A stretch of 64,000 nucleotides of DNA, taken from the NCBI GenBank assembly GCA_032654565.1, contig JAULAX010000017.1, positions 544,001-608,000 of the forward strand. The letters run 5' to 3'. Positions 41,219 through 49,220 of the stretch are shown one piece after another. Position numbers and translations under genes: made by a program. Positions within the stretch are counted from its first letter, which is position 1. The number at the start of each line of letters is the position of its first letter. The notes under the pieces are model-generated. The model did no database searches and was not told the DNA's origin. It saw nothing but the letters and a program-made list of their open reading frames with translations. Source of the DNA: Anaeromyxobacteraceae bacterium. GTDB taxonomy: Bacteria; Myxococcota; Myxococcia; Myxococcales; Anaeromyxobacteraceae.

Positions 41219-43077
41219 GTGGGCTCCTTGGAGAGCGGGATGCGGACCTCGACGCGGGTGCCGGTGCCGGGGGTGGAGTCGAAGCGGGCGTGTCCGCCCA
41301 GCAGGTCGGCGCGCTCCTGGATGCCGATCAGCCCCCAGTGCGGCCGCCCCTCGCGGCGGGCCACCGCGGCGTGGTCGAAGCCAACGCCGTCGTCCTCCAC
41401 GTCGACGCAGATCGTGGTCCCCTCGACGCGCAGCTCCACCAGCACGTGGGTGGCCTGGGCGTGGCGGGCCACGTTGCTGAGCGCCTCCTGGCAGATGCGG
41501 AAGAGCGCCGTCTGGAGCTCGGGCGACAGCGGCGGCAGCTCGCCCACCTCGCAGCGCACCGCCACCCCGCGCGACCCCAGGGCCCGGTCTCCGTACCACT
41601 GCACCGCCGAGGCCAGACCGAGATCGTCGAGCACCGACGGGCGCAGGTCGAGGATGAGCCGGTGGACGTCGGCCAGGGCCCGGTTGGCCAGCGACCGCAG
41701 CTCGTCCAGCGCCGGCGCCTTCCCGGCCCGGACCGCGTCGGCCGCCTGGTCGACGCGCATCAGCAGCGCCGCCAGGGCCTGGGTGGTCTCGTCGTGGAGC
41801 TCGCGGGCCACCCGCTTGCGCTCGTCCTCCTGCGCGGTGATCACCTTGCGCAGCAGCTCGCCGCGGGCCAGCTCGCGCTCGCGCAGCGCCGCGTTGGCCT
41901 GGTTGAGGTCGCGGGTCCGCTCCTCGACCCGCCCCTCCAGCTCCAGGTTGTCGCGCTCCACCCGGGCCACCAGCGCCTGCAGCGACAGCCGCATCCGGTC
42001 CAGCGCCCGGCCCAGGTGGCCGACCTCGTCGTCCCCCAGCTCCGGGATGGGCGAGTCGAGCTGGCCGGAGGCGATCCGCCGGGCCTCGGCGGTGAGCACC
42101 GCCACCGGCTGGGTGACGCTGCGCGCCGCCCCCCAGGCGAAGAGGGCGGAGAGCGCCACCTGGGCCAGCAGCACCCCGGCCACCGCGAACCAGGGCAGCA
42201 CCCCCTCGGTCGGCGAGGCGTCCTGGCGGACCACCACCCCCCAGGGGGCGCTGGCCAGCGGGGCGAAGGTCATCAGCGCCCCGAAGCGGGTCCGCTCGCC
42301 CCGCTCCTTGTGGCAGTCGTCGCAGCGGGTGATCAGGCTGGCCCTGGCCTTCACCAGCCTGGCCATGTTGGCGCTGCACTCGCTCTTGGTCCCGGCCCGC
42401 CGCGGCTCCGAGGAGGCGATCACCAGCCCGGTGGCGTCGATCAGCTCGGCCCGGCCGTTGGCTCCCGAGCGGAGGCGGCGCAGCGTCTTGTGGAACTCGC
42501 GCCGCCCCGGGTCGAAGGTCCCGCCGGCCACGCCCACCACCTGGCCGGCCAGGTCGCGCACCGCCACCAGCTCGTGGATCAGCGGGCCGCGCCCGTCCAC
42601 CTGCAGCCCGGAGAGGCGCGGCAGGCCGGTGGCCAGCACCTCGTCCACCAGCGGGATGGCCGCCCGCGGCGCGGCCGAGACGCTGCCGTGCGGCTCCTCC
42701 TCCACCACCCGCTGGTCGGCGTCGAGGAGGAAGACGGCCTCGCGGTGGCGGAAGTGGGCGAAGGCCTCGCGGACCACCCGCTGCATCAGCGCCGGATCGG
42801 CCGCCTCCAGGCGCGAGCCGATCCCGGCGGCCAGCCGCTGCAGCAGCTCCAGGTCGCCGGTCAGCTCCTGGTCGAACTGCGCCACCACCGTCTCGGCGGC
42901 GTTGACCCGGGCCTCGCGGAGGCGGCCGTCGAGGTCGCGCAGCCAGGACCAGCAGACCAGCGAGATCACCACCAGCGGGAAGAAGGTCCCCACCGCCATC
43001 AGCAGGTAGACGCGCCGGCGCAGCCCGGAGCCGTCGCCGGGGGTCCACCGGAAGCCGCCCTGTCCCGGCCCGGTCAC
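41215..43077 (-). CDS. HisKA_3 sensor histidine kinase with HAMP and a periplasmic heme-c motif
   Basis: Two TMs flanking a Cache-like domain containing CDDCH; HAMP (DEVGHLGRALDRM); ERKRVARELHDE; QEALSNVARH; DDGVGF. Confidence 0.92.
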   Translation of the reverse strand: MTGPGQGGFRWTPGDGSGLRRRVYLLMAVGTFFPLVVISLVCWSWLRDLDGRLREARVNAAETVVAQFDQELTGDLELLQRLAAGIGSRLEAADPALMQRVVREAFAHFRHREAVFLLDADQRVVEEEPHGSVSAAPRAAIPLVDEVLATGLPRLSGLQVDGRGPLIHELVAVRDLAGQVVGVAGGTFDPGRREFHKTLRRLRSGANGRAELIDATGLVIASSEPRRAGTKSECSANMARLVKARASLITRCDDCHKERGERTRFGALMTFAPLASAPWGVVVRQDASPTEGVLPWFAVAGVLLAQVALSALFAWGAARSVTQPVAVLTAEARRIASGQLDSPIPELGDDEVGHLGRALDRMRLSLQALVARVERDNLELEGRVEERTRDLNQANAALRERELARGELLRKVITAQEDERKRVARELHDETTQALAALLMRVDQAADAVRAGKAPALDELRSLANRALADVHRLILDLRPSVLDDLGLASAVQWYGDRALGSRGVAVRCEVGELPPLSPELQTALFRICQEALSNVARHAQATHVLVELRVEGTTICVDVEDDGVGFDHAAVARREGRPHWGLIGIQERADLLGGHARFDSTPGTGTRVEVRIPLSKEPT

Positions 43078-43643
43078 GGCGTCCCCCGGCGGTGGGCGCT
43101 GCGGGCGATGCGGAACAGCTCCTCGACGTCGCCGCGGGTGCGCAGCTGCATGCGGCAGCCGTCGCGCTCCCAGGCCAGCTGGTGCCAGACCTCGCCGCCG
43201 ATGGTCCGGCGCACCAGCCGGGCCGGACGGCCGGCCACCGTGGTCGGCGACGAGGCCAACTCGCTGCCGGGCGGCTCGAAGACCGGCGGCAGTGGCGCCC
43301 CCGGGGTGGTGGCCTGGAGCAGCTGCAGCTGGTCGACGTTCCGCTCGCGGAAGGTCAGCTCGAGGGCCCCGCCCTTCCCGCCCGCCACCCGGATGCGCGC
43401 CGGCGGCCAGCCGAGGTGGGCCGGGAAGTAGGACGGCAGCGCCAGCCCGGCCCCCAGGTTCCTCTCGGCGATCTCCAGGCTGGCCACCGTGCGGACCTCG
43501 CGCGGCTCACCGGCGATCCAGCCGGGCACGGCGCCCAGGCCGGCCAGGATCGCGGCGCTGGCCGCCACCACCCAGCCGAGCGCGGCCAGCAGCCGGACCA
43601 GCTCGGATCCCACGGCGCGGGAGGTGGCGGCGGGGGCGGTCAT
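43074..43643 (-). CDS. Hypothetical membrane-anchored protein
   Basis: One N-terminal TM, LPSYFP motif; translationally coupled on both sides. Confidence 0.7.
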   Translation of the reverse strand: MTAPAATSRAVGSELVRLLAALGWVVAASAAILAGLGAVPGWIAGEPREVRTVASLEIAERNLGAGLALPSYFPAHLGWPPARIRVAGGKGGALELTFRERNVDQLQLLQATTPGAPLPPVFEPPGSELASSPTTVAGRPARLVRRTIGGEVWHQLAWERDGCRMQLRTRGDVEELFRIARSAHRRGTP

Positions 43644-44620
43644 GTGACGAAGTAGAGCAGCCCGGTCATCGAGGTGGCCGCCAGCCCGAGCCGCAGCCAG
43701 GGGAGCGGCAGGCGGCGCGGCGCCGGCTCCAGCAGCGCCCGCACCCGCCCCTCGACGTCATGCGACCGGGCCCGGCGCAGGGTCCCGGAGAGCGCCCCGC
43801 CGAAGACCAGGGTGCGCCGGCCGCCGGTCCCGCCGGTGGCCCGGTGGAGCTTGAGCAGGGCGCTGGCCAGCGCCAGGCGGTCGCCCCCCAGCTCCACACC
43901 GCGCTCGTCGGCCAGCCGCTCGGCGTCGCGGGCCACGGCCCGGGCCAGCACCTGGAAGGTGGGGTTCCAGCCCATCAGGCAGCGCAGGCCGAGCATCACC
44001 CAGCTGCGCTGCGGGTCGCGCCGGCCCAGGTGGGCCAGCTCGTGGGCCAGCGCCGCCCGCAGCTCGCCGGGGTCGAGCAGGTCGATGGCCCCGCCGGTGA
44101 TGAAGATGGAGGGGTGGCGCACCCCGGCGCAGTGCAGGCTGGGCACCGGGCGGTCGATGTAGACCACCGGCGGCAGCGAGCGCGCCGCGGCCAGCGGGGC
44201 CAGCGCCGCCTGCAGCGCCGCGGCGTGGGCCGGGCCGGGCGCTCCGGGAGGCGGCCGGCCCCGGGCCAGGGTGCGCAGCAGCGAGGCCACATCGAGGCCG
44301 AGCAGCAGCAGCCCCAGCGAGGCCAGGGAGACGACGAAGAGCTGGTGCAGGTCGAGCCCGAGGAAGGAGACGTCGGCCCAGCGCCGGCCCGAGAGCAGGG
44401 CGGCGTCGCGGAAGGTCTCCTCGGCGCGGTTGGGGAAGAGCAGCACCAGCGCCGGGAAGGCCAGCAGCGGGTAGGCCAGGGCCAGCAGCCTCAAGGCCAC
44501 CTTCTGCGCCGGGTGCTCCACCACCCAGCTCCGCACCAGGGCCTCGATGAAGAGCGAGGCCACCAGGGAGTGGAAGATGCCCTGCGCGAGGAGGTCAGTC
44601 GTGAGGACGATCGGAGCCAT
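43640..44620 (-). CDS. M56/M48 (BlaR1/HtpX-like) membrane zinc metalloprotease
   Basis: ALAHELAHLGRRD (HEXXH), ERLADE, LASALLK; several TMs; ATG 44620 (or 44635). Confidence 0.85.
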   Translation of the reverse strand: MAPIVLTTDLLAQGIFHSLVASLFIEALVRSWVVEHPAQKVALRLLALAYPLLAFPALVLLFPNRAEETFRDAALLSGRRWADVSFLGLDLHQLFVVSLASLGLLLLGLDVASLLRTLARGRPPPGAPGPAHAAALQAALAPLAAARSLPPVVYIDRPVPSLHCAGVRHPSIFITGGAIDLLDPGELRAALAHELAHLGRRDPQRSWVMLGLRCLMGWNPTFQVLARAVARDAERLADERGVELGGDRLALASALLKLHRATGGTGGRRTLVFGGALSGTLRRARSHDVEGRVRALLEPAPRRLPLPWLRLGLAATSMTGLLYFVT

Positions 44621-45329
44621 GGTCGGGGGCGGCATGCCCGCCGAGCTCCTCCACCGGCCGCCCCTCGATGCGGGCCAGCTCCAGTGGATGCTCGTGCAGC
44701 ATCCGCTCCCGGCTGATCTTACCCGTGAACATCGACGGGTCGAAGGGGAAGACGTCCGGATTCAGGTGGGCGTTGAAGATGTGCCAGATGGTGATGACGA
44801 AGAAGGCCATCAGCCCTTCGTTGGAGTGGGCCACCTTGGCGGCCGGGATGATCTGCCCGGGGACCAGGTTGGCGAAGGCCACCGGGAAGAAGAGCACGAA
44901 CCCGGTCACCACCATGATGACGTTGCCGAAGACCAGCCCCCAGTACTCGAACTTCTGCTTGTAGTCGTAGCGGTCGTAGCGGGGCTGGCGGTTGGTCATG
45001 CCCAGGTAGAACTTGAGCTGCAGCACGGCGTCCTCGAAGTCCTGGCGGACCGGAGCCATGGTGAAGCCCACCTTCTTGGACCACATGGTGACGGCGGCGT
45101 TGGCGAAGTGGACCACCGTGGAGATGGCCAGCACCACCCCGCAGAAGCGGTGGATCCAGCGGGTGCGGTCGATGCCGCCGAAGACGTCCACCAGGCTCTG
45201 GGCCCAGCCGGCCTGGAAGAACTTCTGCGGCAGGCCGGTCATGCAGAGGAGCACGAACACCATCATGGTGATGAAGTGCTCGACGCGCTGCTGGAAGGTG
45301 AAGCGGAGGATCTGGGTGCCCTTGCTCAT
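44595..45329 (-). CDS. Di-heme cytochrome b (FdnI/HydC-type membrane anchor)
   Basis: RFTFQQRVEH, RWIHRFCG, VVHF, RYDYKQKFEYWG, TGF, VAHSNEG, IWHIF, EHPLE. Confidence 0.9.
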   Translation of the reverse strand: MSKGTQILRFTFQQRVEHFITMMVFVLLCMTGLPQKFFQAGWAQSLVDVFGGIDRTRWIHRFCGVVLAISTVVHFANAAVTMWSKKVGFTMAPVRQDFEDAVLQLKFYLGMTNRQPRYDRYDYKQKFEYWGLVFGNVIMVVTGFVLFFPVAFANLVPGQIIPAAKVAHSNEGLMAFFVITIWHIFNAHLNPDVFPFDPSMFTGKISRERMLHEHPLELARIEGRPVEELGGHAAPDHGSDRPHD

Positions 45330-45346
45330 GTTCTTCTCCCGGCGCG

Positions 45347-46387
45347 CTAGCGGTTGACCACGACGCGCCAGAGGTGGAGCGCGATCTGCAGGACGAGGCC
45401 GCCCACCATGAAGGGGATCATCAGGCGGTAGAAGAGCTGCACCAGCCAGACCAGCGGCGCCTTCTCCATGCTGGGCGGGTAGTGCGACAGCCAGGCCTTG
45501 GGGAAGGTGTCGCTGGCGCCGGCGTGGCAGCGGGCGCAGGTCTTCTGCAGGTTGGCCGTCATCACCGTCGACTTGGGGTCGTCCGACTTCTGGATGTCGT
45601 GGACGCCGTGGCAGTCGGTGCAGACCGCCGCCAGCCGCTTGCCGTCCTCCTTGCGCTGCCCCTTCTGGAAGGTGGCCGACATGCCGTGAAAGTCGGCCAG
45701 GTAGGTGGCCACCACCTCGGTGGAGAGGTTGTACTTCTTCATCAGCTTCTCGTCGGAGTGGCAGCGGCCGCAGATCTCCGGGGTGCGCATGGCCAGCGCC
45801 CCGTCGCGGGGGTCGGTGGTGTCGTGGGCCTTGTGGCAGTCGGTGCAGACCGGCACGTCGGGGTTGCCGGCCGAGGCGCGGCCGTGGACGCTGCGGGCGT
45901 AGACGTCGGCCTCCACCTGGTGGCAGCGGCTGCACATGTCGGAGATGCGGGTGCGCGGCTGGGCCGGGCGGGAGATGTCGTGGGCGCCGTGGCAGTCGAC
46001 GCAGAGCGCCGCCTTGGGGTTGCCCTTCGACATCACCGCGTAGTGCACGCCGTCGAGGGTCTTGGTGTAGTTGGCGAAGTGGCAGCCCTTGCACTGCTCG
46101 TAGTAGGCGCGGGTCACCTCGCGGCGCGACTTGAACTTGACCTCGCCGGTGGCGTGGTCGCTGGTCTTCTCGGAGTGGCAGTCGGTGCAGCGCAGGTTCT
46201 CGCCGTGCACCGACCTGGCGAACCCCTCCTGGTTGATCCCCAGCGGCAGCTTCTCGCCGCTGGCCAGGGTGAAGGTCTCCTTGGGGTCGCTGTGGCAGCC
46301 GAGGCAGTCCTCCTGCTCGGCCGGGATGGCCGCCTGCGCGCTGGTGGCCGCGAGGAGGAAGGCCGCCGCCCACGTCAATTTACTCAT
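45347..46387 (-). CDS. Nonaheme periplasmic cytochrome c with C-terminal TM (CbcL-like c domain)
   Basis: Signal peptide (ATG 46387); CLGCH, CTDCH, CKGCH, CVDCH, CSRCH, CTDCH, CGRCH, CTDCH, CARCH; SVHG/FHG distal His; C-terminal TM. Confidence 0.92.
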   Translation of the reverse strand: MSKLTWAAAFLLAATSAQAAIPAEQEDCLGCHSDPKETFTLASGEKLPLGINQEGFARSVHGENLRCTDCHSEKTSDHATGEVKFKSRREVTRAYYEQCKGCHFANYTKTLDGVHYAVMSKGNPKAALCVDCHGAHDISRPAQPRTRISDMCSRCHQVEADVYARSVHGRASAGNPDVPVCTDCHKAHDTTDPRDGALAMRTPEICGRCHSDEKLMKKYNLSTEVVATYLADFHGMSATFQKGQRKEDGKRLAAVCTDCHGVHDIQKSDDPKSTVMTANLQKTCARCHAGASDTFPKAWLSHYPPSMEKAPLVWLVQLFYRLMIPFMVGGLVLQIALHLWRVVVNR

Positions 46388-46533
46388 CGTAAACCTCACC
46401 CCGCGAACGGGTCGCTCGTGCCAATTCCGGTTCATCCCTAACGGTGCGGCACTCCTAGCAGGACGCGCTGAATCGCGCCTGCGGCCGATCACCGCGCGGC
46501 AAGTCGCACCAGCAGTGCGGCGCGGCGCGCGAA

Positions 46534-46561
46534 TTGATCTGGCGCAGGATCCTGCTACCTT
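46534..46561 (+). promoter_or_regulatory. Putative sigma70 promoter of purU (near-leaderless)
   Basis: TTGATC-N16-TACCTT, ending 8 nt before GTG 46570. Confidence 0.45.
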
Positions 46562-46569
46562 TCCGGGCC

Positions 46570-47430
46570 GTGCCCGACGCCCGCGCCATCCTCCTCGTCC
46601 GTTGCCCCGACCAGCCCGGCATCATCGCCGCCATCTCCGGCTTCCTCTTCCGGCACGGCGCCAACATCATCGACTTCGACCAGCACTCCACCGACGACGA
46701 CGGCGGCGTCTACTTCACCCGCCTGGAGTTCCAGACCGGCCGGGTCGACCTGCCGCTCGACGAGCTGCGCCGGGTCTTCGAGGCCGAGGTGGCCCTGCCC
46801 TTCGCCATGACCTGGCGGCTCTCGACGCCGACGCCGCGCCGGCGCGTGGCGGTGCTGGTGTCGCGCCACGACCACGCCCTGCTGGAGCTGCTCTGGACCT
46901 GGCAGCGCGGCGAGCTGCAGGCCGAGATCGCCCTGGTGATCTCCAACCACCCCGACCTGCGCGGGGCGGTGGAGGGCTTCGGCGTCCGCTTCGAGCACGT
47001 CCCCAACGGCCGCGACCAGCGCCCGGCGGCCGAGGCCCGCATGCTGGAGCTGCTCGACGGCGCCGCCGACGTGGTGGTGCTCGCCCGCTACATGCAGATC
47101 CTCTCCGGCGGGTTCGCCGCCCGCTGGCAGGAGCGGCTCATCAACATCCACCACAGCTTCCTGCCCGCCTTCGCCGGCGCCGATCCCTACCGGCAGGCCC
47201 ACGAGCGCGGCGTCAAGATCGTCGGGGCCACCGCCCACTACGTCACCGAGCAGCTCGACGCCGGCCCCATCATCGAGCAGGACGTGGCCCGGGTCTCCCA
47301 CCGCGACGAGGTGGAGGACCTGAAGCGGCTGGGGCGGGACCTGGAGCGGCGGGTGCTGGTGCGCGCCGTCCGCCTCCACTGCGAGGACCGGGTGCTGGTG
47401 CACGGGAACAAGACGGTGGTCTTCAGCTGA
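46570..47430 (+). CDS. purU: Formyltetrahydrofolate deformylase
   Basis: ACT domain CPDQPGIIAAIS; VISNH, LARYMQIL, INIHHSFLPAF.GADPY.QAHERGVKIVGATAHYVT..LDAGPIIEQD; NKTVVF end. Confidence 0.96.
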   Translation: MPDARAILLVRCPDQPGIIAAISGFLFRHGANIIDFDQHSTDDDGGVYFTRLEFQTGRVDLPLDELRRVFEAEVALPFAMTWRLSTPTPRRRVAVLVSRHDHALLELLWTWQRGELQAEIALVISNHPDLRGAVEGFGVRFEHVPNGRDQRPAAEARMLELLDGAADVVVLARYMQILSGGFAARWQERLINIHHSFLPAFAGADPYRQAHERGVKIVGATAHYVTEQLDAGPIIEQDVARVSHRDEVEDLKRLGRDLERRVLVRAVRLHCEDRVLVHGNKTVVFS

Positions 47431-47477
47431 GGGGGCCGGTCCGGCGCGCCGACGGGCGGGCGGGGAACCGCCCGGGG

Positions 47478-47867
47478 TCAGTCGCCAGCGAACACCGAGA
47501 GCTTGAGCCCCTCGACGCGCTCGAAGTGCTTGCGGTTCCGGGTGAGCAGGACGCCGTCGTTGGCGATGCAGACCGCGGCGATCATGTAGTCCGCCATCCC
47601 GATCCCCTGGCCCTGGCGCTCGAGCTGCACACGGAGGTCGGCCGCGATCCGGGCCTCCTCGGGGCCAAAGGAGAGGAGGGTCATGGCGTCGAGGAGCGTG
47701 TCGATCCCCTTCAGTTGCTTCGAACTCCTGGCCCCCGAGCGGAGCTCGAACGCGGTGATCGCGGTGGTGCCGAAGGACCTGGTCTCGAGCTCGAGCGCGA
47801 CCCGCCTGGCCGCGCCACCTCGCCCGCGCAGGAAGTCGATGAGGACATCGGTGTCGGCGATGATCAC
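47478..47867 (-). CDS. vapC: VapC/PIN-domain toxin
   Basis: IIADTDVLIDFLRG, TAITAFEL, DYMIAA, LLTRNRKHFERVEGL. Confidence 0.93.
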   Translation of the reverse strand: MIIADTDVLIDFLRGRGGAARRVALELETRSFGTTAITAFELRSGARSSKQLKGIDTLLDAMTLLSFGPEEARIAADLRVQLERQGQGIGMADYMIAAVCIANDGVLLTRNRKHFERVEGLKLSVFAGD

Positions 47868-48103
47868 CGCCACACCTCGCGCAGCTTCCCCACCGACGCC
47901 TGGAGCGCGTCGGCCTCCTGGTCGGAGAAGCTCCCCTGGAGCCGGAGCGCGTTGCTGACCGCCTCGCGCCGGGCCCGGTGCTGCTTCATGTAGAGGTCCA
48001 GCGCCTCCCGGATGAGCGAGGAGAACCCCTTCTCACCGCGCTGGGCGGCGAGCTTGAGGAGCTGGGCCCGCTGTTCGTCGCTGATCTCGACCGTCGTCCT
48101 CAT
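47864..48103 (-). CDS. Ribbon-helix-helix (CopG/VapB) antitoxin
   Basis: MRTTVEISDEQRAQLLKLAAQRG...SSLIREALDLY; GTGA-coupled to vapC. Confidence 0.87.
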   Translation of the reverse strand: MRTTVEISDEQRAQLLKLAAQRGEKGFSSLIREALDLYMKQHRARREAVSNALRLQGSFSDQEADALQASVGKLREVWR

Positions 48104-48133
48104 CCGGCCATGCTACATGCATGTGCATGCCGG
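48104..48133. promoter_or_regulatory. Palindromic operator / promoter of the RHH-VapC module
   Basis: ccggcCATGCtACATGCATGTGCATGccgg; minus-strand TAGCAT ends 6 nt before the ATG. Confidence 0.6.
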
Positions 48134-48157
48134 TGCCAGTGGATCGGCGGCCCCAGC

Positions 48158-49096
48158 CTACCCCTCCGTCTTCCCCTGCAGCGGCCAGATCCCCGAGGCC
48201 GTCACCGCGCCGCCCAGCAGCCCCGCCACCACGCCCAGCGACACCCCCTGGCCGATGGGCAGCCAGGGGGCCACCAGCATCTTGGCGCCGATGAAGATCA
48301 GCACCAGCGCCAGTCCCTGGCGCAGCCGGGAGAAGCGATCGATGGCGCTGGAGAGGGCGAAGTAGAGCGAGCGCAGGCCGAGGATGGCGAAGATGTTGCT
48401 GGTGAAGACGATGAACGGATCGAGGGTGATCCCGAAGATGGCCGGGATGGAGTCGAGGGCGAAGACCACGTCGGAGACCTCGATGAGCAGCAGCGCCAGC
48501 AGCAGCGGCGTGGCCACCCAGCGCCCGCCCTCGCGCACCAGGAAGTGGTGGCCGTCGATGCGGCTGGTGGTGGGGAGGACCCTTCGCACCAGCCGGAAGA
48601 AGGCGCTCTTCTCCGGGTGTGGCTCCTCGACCTGGTGGGTGAGGAGCAGCTTCACGCCGGTGAAGGCCAGGAAGGCGCCGAAGACGTAGATCAGCCAGTG
48701 GAAGCGGGCCAGCAGCGCCGTGCCGGCGAAGATCATGCCGGCCCGCAGCAGCAGCGCGGTGAGGATGCCCCAGAAGAGCACCCGGTGCTGGAAGCGGGGC
48801 GGGATGGCCAGGGTGGTGAAGATGACCAGGAAGACGAAGAGGTTGTCGACCGAGAGCGACTTCTCGATCAGGTAGCCGGTGAGGAACTCGGCGGCGTGGT
48901 CGCCCCCGAACCAGTGACCCACCGCCACGTTGAAGACCAGCGACAGCGCCACCCAGACGCCGGTCCAGGCCAGGGCGTTGCGGGTCGAGATCGGCTCGTC
49001 CCTGCGGTGGAAGAGGCCGAGGTCGAGCGCGAGGAAGACCAGGATCAGGGCGATGAAGCCGACCCAGAGCGCCGGCGTGCCAATGGTCTCGATCAC
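48158..49096 (-). CDS. terC: TerC/Alx family membrane protein
   Basis: LALDLG, GYLIEKSLSVDNLFVF, QHRVLFWGI, DVVFALDSIPAIF, FTSNIFAILGLRSLYF. Confidence 0.93.
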   Translation of the reverse strand: MIETIGTPALWVGFIALILVFLALDLGLFHRRDEPISTRNALAWTGVWVALSLVFNVAVGHWFGGDHAAEFLTGYLIEKSLSVDNLFVFLVIFTTLAIPPRFQHRVLFWGILTALLLRAGMIFAGTALLARFHWLIYVFGAFLAFTGVKLLLTHQVEEPHPEKSAFFRLVRRVLPTTSRIDGHHFLVREGGRWVATPLLLALLLIEVSDVVFALDSIPAIFGITLDPFIVFTSNIFAILGLRSLYFALSSAIDRFSRLRQGLALVLIFIGAKMLVAPWLPIGQGVSLGVVAGLLGGAVTASGIWPLQGKTEG

Positions 49097-49220
49097 CTGG
49101 TGTCCCCGCGGCTGTGCGTCATGGCCCGCTCACCTACCACCGGCGTCACCGGTACGCCACACCGGGTTCGGATCGGTTCGTTGACGCCCCGGGGGGCCGC
49201 GCCCTATGACGGGCCTGCCC

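Noticed and set aside
46534..46547. FNR box upstream of the cbcL-like operon
   Set aside because: Only the TTGAT half matches; better explained as the -35 of the purU promoter.
49097..49205. yybP-ykoY (Mn) riboswitch upstream of terC
   Set aside because: Expected for Alx/TerC, but the GGGGAGUA and GAGACC elements are not recognisable; an Infernal scan would settle it.
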